DNA from: Eledone cirrhosa | Lineage: Eukaryota | Assembly: GCA_964016885.1 (NCBI GenBank) | Contig: OZ024744.1 | Coordinates: forward strand, 123,132,001 to 123,196,000 | Reading direction: 5' to 3' | DNA length: 64,000 nucleotides | Shown here: positions 58,101-64,000 of the stretch, in pieces | How the letters are laid out: each line of letters starts with the position of its first letter | Numbering within the stretch: the stretch's first letter is position 1 | Made by a program: the position numbers and the translations under genes | The notes under the pieces: generated by a model | Seen by the model: only the letters and a program-made list of their open reading frames with translations | Told to the model about the DNA's origin: nothing | Database searches by the model: none

Positions 58101-61100
58101 GACTAAATCTTCTCAGTGTTAACAGACACTGGTAATAGTACTAAATATATTCACGGTTAAGAGATAGTGGTACTAGGACTAACTACAGTCAGGGGTTAAC
58201 AGACACTGGGACTAGGACTAAATATAGTCACTGTTAACAAACACTGGTACTAGGACTAACTATAGTCACTTTTAATAGATACTAGTACTAGGAATAACTA
58301 CAGTCAGTGTTAACAGACACTGGTACTAGCGCTAAATATAGTCAGTGTTACAGACACTGGTACTAGGGCTAAATATAGTCACTGTTAACAGGCACTGGTA
58401 CTAGGACCAAATATTGTCACTGTTAACAGAAACTGGTACCTGGACTAACAACAGTCAGTGTTAACAGACACTGGTACTAGGATTAAATATAATCACTGTT
58501 AACAGACACTAGTACTAAATATAGTCAGTTAACAGACACTGGTACTAGGACTAACTATAGTCACTGTTAACAGATACTGGTACTAGGACTAACTATAGTC
58601 AGTTAACAGACACTGGTACTAGGACTAACTATAGTCAGTGTTAACAGACACTGGTACTAGGACTAACTGTAGTCAGTGTTAACAGACACTGGTACTAGGA
58701 CTAACTGTAGTCAGTGTTAACAGACACTGGTACTAGGACTAACTGTAGTCAGTGTTAACAAACACTGGTACTAGGACTAAATATAGTCAGTGTTAACAGA
58801 CACTGGTACTAGGACTGACTGTAGTCAGTGTTAACAGACACTGGTACTAGGACTAACTGTAGTCAGTGTTAACAGACACTGGTACTAGGACTAAATATAG
58901 TCAGTGTTAACAAACACTGGTACTAGGACTAAATATAGTCAGTGTTAACAGATACTGGTACTAGGAGTAACTATAGTCAGTGTTAACAGACACTGGTACT
59001 AGGACTATCTATAGTCAGTGTTAACAGACACTGGTACTAGGACTAAATATAGTCAGTGTTAACAGACACTGGTACTAGGACTAACTGTAGTCAGTGTTAA
59101 CAGATACTGGTACTAGGACTGACTATAGTCAGTGTTAACAGACACTGGTACTAGGACTAAATATAGTCAGTGTTAACAGACACTGGTACTAGGACTAACT
59201 ATAGTCAGTGTTAACAGATACTGGTACTAGGACTAAATACAGTCACTATTAACAGACACTGGTACTAGGACTAAATATAGTCAGTGTTAACAGACACTGG
59301 TACTAGGACTAAATATAGTCACTGTTAACAGATACTGGTACTAGGACTAAATATAGTCACTGTTAACAGATACTGGTACTAGGACTAAATATAGTCACTG
59401 TTAACAGATAGTGGTACTAGGACTAAATATTGTCACTGTTAACAGATACTGGTACTAGGAATAAATATAGTCACTGTTAACAGATACTGGTACGAGGACT
59501 AACTATAGTCAGTGTTAACAGACACTGGTACTAGGACTAACTGTAGTCAGTGTTAACAGACACTGGTACTAGGACTAACTATAGTCAGTGTTAACAGACA
59601 CTGGTACTAGGACTAACTGTAGTCAGTGTTAACAGACACTGGTACTAGGACTAACTGTAGTCAGTGTTAACAGACACTGGTACTAGGACTAACTATAGTC
59701 AGTGTTAACAGACACTGGTACTAGGACTAACTACAGTCACTGTTAACAGACACTGGTACTAGGACTAACTATAGTCAGTGTTAATAGACACTGGTACTAG
59801 GACTAACTACAGTCATTGTTAACAGACACTGGTACCTGGACTAACAATAGTCAGTGTTAACAGACACTGGTACCTGGACTAACAACAGTCAGTGTTAACA
59901 GACACTGGTACTAGCACTAAATATAATCACTGTTAAAAGACACTAGTACTAAATATAGTCACTGTTAACAGACACTGGTACTAGGACTAAATATAGTCAG
60001 TGTTAACAGACACTGGTACTAGGACTAACCACAGTTAGTGGTAACAGACACTGGTACTAGGACTAAATATAGTCAGTGTTAACAGACACTGGTACTAGGG
60101 CTAAATATAGTCAGTGTTAACAGGCACTAGTACTAAATATATTCACTGGTACTAGGGCTAAATATAGTCAATGTTAACAGGCACTGGTACTAAAACTAAA
60201 TATAGTCACTGTTAACAGACACTGGTACTAGGACTAAATATAGTTACTGTTAACAGACACTGGTACTAGTACTAACTACAGTCAGTGTTAACAGACATTG
60301 GTACTAGGACTAACTATAGTCAGTGTTAACAGATACTGGTACTAGGACTAAATATAGTCACTGTTAACAGACACTGGTACTAGGACTAAATATAGTTACT
60401 GTTAACAGATACTGGTACTAGTACTAACTACAGTCAGTGTTAACAGACATTCGTACTAGGACTAACTATAGTCAGTGTTAACAGATACTGGTACTAGGAC
60501 TAAATATAGTCACTGTTAACAGATACTGGTACAAGGACTAAATATAGTTACTGTTAACAGACACTGGTACTAGCACTATCTATAGTCAGTGTTACCAGAC
60601 ACTGGTACTAGGACTAAATATAGTCAATGTTAACAGATAGTGGTACAAGGACTAACTACAGTCAGTGTTAACAGACACTGGTACTAGGACTAACTATAGT
60701 CACTGTTAAAAGACACTGGTACTAGGACTAAATATAGTCAGTGTTAACAGACACTAGTACTAAATATAGTCACTGTTAACAGACACTGGTACTAGGACTA
60801 ACTACAGTCAGTGTTAACAGACACTGGTACTAGGACTAACTACAGTCAGTGTTAACAGACACTGGTACTAGGGCAAAATATAGTCACTTTTAACAGACAC
60901 TGGTAATAGGACTAAATATAGTCAGTGTTAACAGACACTGGTACTAGTACTAACTACAGTCAGTGTTAACAGACATTGGTACTAGGACTAACTATAGTCA
61001 GTGTTAACAGATACAGGTACTAGGACTATCTATAGTCACTGTTAACAGACACTGGTACTAGAACTAAGTATAGTCAGTGTTAACAGACACTAGTACTAGG

Positions 61101-62520
61101 ACTAAATATAGTCATTTTTAACAGACACTGGTACTAGGACTAAATATAGTCAGTGTTAACAGATGCTGGTACTAGGACTAAATATAGTCAGTGTTAACAG
61201 ATACTAGCACTAGGACTAACTATAATCACTGTTAACAGACACTGGTACTAGGACTAAATCTTCTCAGTGTTAACAGACACTGGTAATAGTACTAAATATA
61301 GTCACTGTTAACAGACACTGGTACTAGGACTAAATCTTCTCAGTGTTAACAGACACTGGTAATAGTACTAAATATATTCACGGTTAAGAGATAGTGGTAC
61401 TAGGACTAACTACAGTCAGGGGTTAACAGACACTGGGACTAGGACTAAATATAGTCACTGTTAACAAACACTGGTACTAGGACTAACTATAGTCACTTTT
61501 AATAGATACTAGTACTAGGAATAACTACAGTCAGTGTTAACAGACACTGGTACTAGCGCTAAATATAGTCAGTGTTACAGACACTGGTACTAGGGCTAAA
61601 TATAGTCACTGCTAACAGGCACTGGTACTAGGACCAAATATTGTCACTGTGAACAGAAACTGGTACCTGGACTAACAACAGTCAGTGTTAACAGACACTG
61701 GTACTAGCACTAAATATAATCACTGTTAAAAGACACTAGTACTAAATATAGTCACTGTTAACAGACACTGGTACGAGGGCGAAATATAGTCAGTGTTACA
61801 GACACTGGTACTAGGGCTAAATATAGTCACTGTTAACAGGCACTGGTACTAGGACCAAATATTGTCACTGTTAACAGAAACTGGTACCTGGACTAATAAC
61901 AGTCAGTGTTAACAGACACTGGTACTAGGATTAAATATAATCACTGTTAACAGACACTAGTACTAAATATAGTCAGTTAACAGACACTGGTACTAGGACT
62001 AACTATAGTCACTGTTAACAGATACTGGTACTAGGACTAACTATAGTCAGTTAACAGACACTGGTACTAGGACTAACTGTAGTCAGTGTTAACAGACACT
62101 GGTACTAGGACTAACTGTAGTCAGTGTTAACAGACACTGGTACTAGGACTAACTGTAGTCAGTGTTAACAAACACTGGTACTAGGACTAAATATAGTCAG
62201 TGTTAACAGACACTGGTACTAGGACTGACTGTAGTCAGTGTTAACAGACACTGGTACTAGGACTAACTGTAGTCAGTGTTAACAGACACTGGTACTAGGA
62301 CTAAATATAGTCAGTGTTAACAAACACTGGTACTAGGACTAAATATAGTCAGTGTTAACAGATACTGGTACTAGGAGTAACTATAGTCAGTGTTAACAGA
62401 CACTGGTACTAGGACTATCTATAGTCAGTGTTAACAGACACTGGTACTAGGACTAAATATAGTCAGTGTTAACAGACACTGGTACTAGGACTAACTGTAG
62501 TCAGTGTTAACAGATACTGG
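49140..62520. repeat. Larger duplication of higher-order blocks, offset 7386 bp
   Basis: Rare variants at an identical 7386 offset: GTAGTCACTGTTAAAAG 50311/57697, ACATTCGTAC 53061/60447, CTGTGAACAG 54261/61647, TAACAGTC of GACTAATAACAG 54511/61897. Boundaries are approximate. Confidence 0.8.
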
Positions 62521-64000
62521 TACTAGGACTAAATATAGTCACTGTTAACAGATAGTGGTACTAGGACTAAATATTGTCACTGTTAACAGATACTGGTACT
62601 AGGAATAAATATAGTCACTGTTAACAGATACTGGTACGAGGACTAACTATAGTCAGTGTTAACAGACACTGGTACTAGGACTAACTGTAGTCAGTGTTAA
62701 CAGACACTGGTACTAGGACTAACTATAGTCAGTGTTAACAGACACTGGTACTAGGACTAACTGTAGTCAGTGTTAACAGACACTGGTACTAGGACTAACT
62801 GTAGTCAGTGTTAACAGACACTGGTACTAGGACTAACTATAGTCAGTGTTAACAGACACTGGTACTAGGACTAACTACAGTCACTGTTAACAGACACTGG
62901 TACTAGGACTAACTATAGTCAGTGTTAATAGACACTGGTACTAGGACTAACTACAGTCATTGTTAACAGACACTGGTACCTGGACTAACAATAGTCAGTG
63001 TTAACAGACACTGGTACCTGGACTAACAACAGTCAGTGTTAACAGACACTGGTACTAGCACTAAATATAATCACTGTTAAAAGACACTAGTACTAAATAT
63101 AGTCACTGTTAACAGACACTGGTACTAGGACTAAATATAGTCAGTGTTAACAGACACTGGTACTAGGACTAACCACAGTTAGTGGTAACAGACACTGGTA
63201 CTAGGACTAAATATAGTCAGTGTTAACAGACACTGGTACTAGGGCTAAATATAGTCAGTGTTAACAGGCACTAGTACTAAATATATTCACTGGTACTAGG
63301 GCTAAATATAGTCAATGTTAACATGCACTGGTACTAAAACTAAATATAGTCACTGTTAACAGACACTGGTACTAGGACTAAATATAGTTACTGTTAACAG
63401 ACACTGGTACTAGTACTAACTACAGTCAGTGTTAACAGACATTGGTACTAGGACTAACTATAGTCAGTGTTAACAGATACTGGTACTAGGACTAAATATA
63501 GTCACTGTTAACAGACACTGGTACTAGGACTAAATATAGTTACTGTTAACAGATACTGGTACTAGTACTAACTACAGTCAGTGTTAACAGACATTCGTAC
63601 TAGGACTAACTATAGTCAGTGTTAACAGATACTGGTACTAGGACTAAATATAGTCACTGTTAACAGATACTGGTACAAGGACTAAATATAGTTACTGTTA
63701 ACAGACACTGGTACTAGCACTATCTATAGTCAGTGTTACCAGACACTGGTACAAGGACTAAATATAGTCAATGTTAACAGATACTGGTACAAGGACTAAC
63801 TACAGTCAGTGTTAACAGACACTGGTACTAGGACTAACTATAGTCACTGTTAAAAGACACTGGTACTAGGACTAAATATAGTCAGTGTTAACAGACACTA
63901 GTACTAAATATAGTCACTGTTAACAGACACTGGTACTAGGACTAACTACAGTCAGTGTTAACAGACACTGGTACTAGGACTAACTACAGTCAGTGTTAAC

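Larger units (their letters stand above)
12032..64000. repeat. 38-bp satellite array, right block (about 52 kb, runs off the window end), with higher-order structure
   Basis: Same monomer and orientation as the left block. Ordered diagnostic variants recur, e.g. ATATTCACTGGTAC near 16190, 21455, 24050, 26857, 31400, 35900, 40467, 43765, 47100, 49757, 52755, 57140, 60140 and 63285. Confidence 0.98.

Noticed and set aside
1-64000. CRISPR array (regular ~38-bp period, palindromic repeat)
   Set aside because: Monomers abut with no unique spacers, there are no cas genes, and the context (Gypsy element) is eukaryotic.
12032-64000. Repeat-encoded protein or a digital code in the order of monomer variants
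   Set aside because: The 38-bp period is not a multiple of 3, TAA/TAG are abundant on both strands, and the track shows no ORF. Variant order is explained by block duplication.

Overview
Eukaryotic, probably metazoan, heterochromatin-like DNA. About 92% of the window is a head-to-tail 38-bp tandem repeat (consensus CACTGTTAACAGA-CACTGGTACTAGG-ACTAAATATAGT, rich in dyad symmetry) organised into irregular higher-order repeats: about 2 kb on the left and about 2.6-5 kb on the right, with exact 3298-bp and 7386-bp duplications. The array is interrupted once, at 6657-12031, by a decayed Ty3/Gypsy LTR retrotransposon retaining both LTRs, with Kabuki/CsRn1/Boudicca-type hallmarks (tRNA-Trp PBS, CHCC-type Gag zinc knuckle). 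It also has a G-GGA-AAC -1 frameshift site, PR-RT-RH-IN order and a 4-bp GACT target duplication. Its pol carries one nonsense codon, four frameshifts and a catalytic D->N change in integrase. Most of gag is missing, and a candidate 439-bp MITE-like insert lies between the PBS and the gag remnant. No host genes, RNA genes or CRISPR array are visible. I cannot support a wholly new biological system. The most novel signals are the candidate nested MITE, the non-CA LTR ends, the monomer's alternative hairpins and the layered history of the satellite around the retroelement. All counts and offsets were made by eye.
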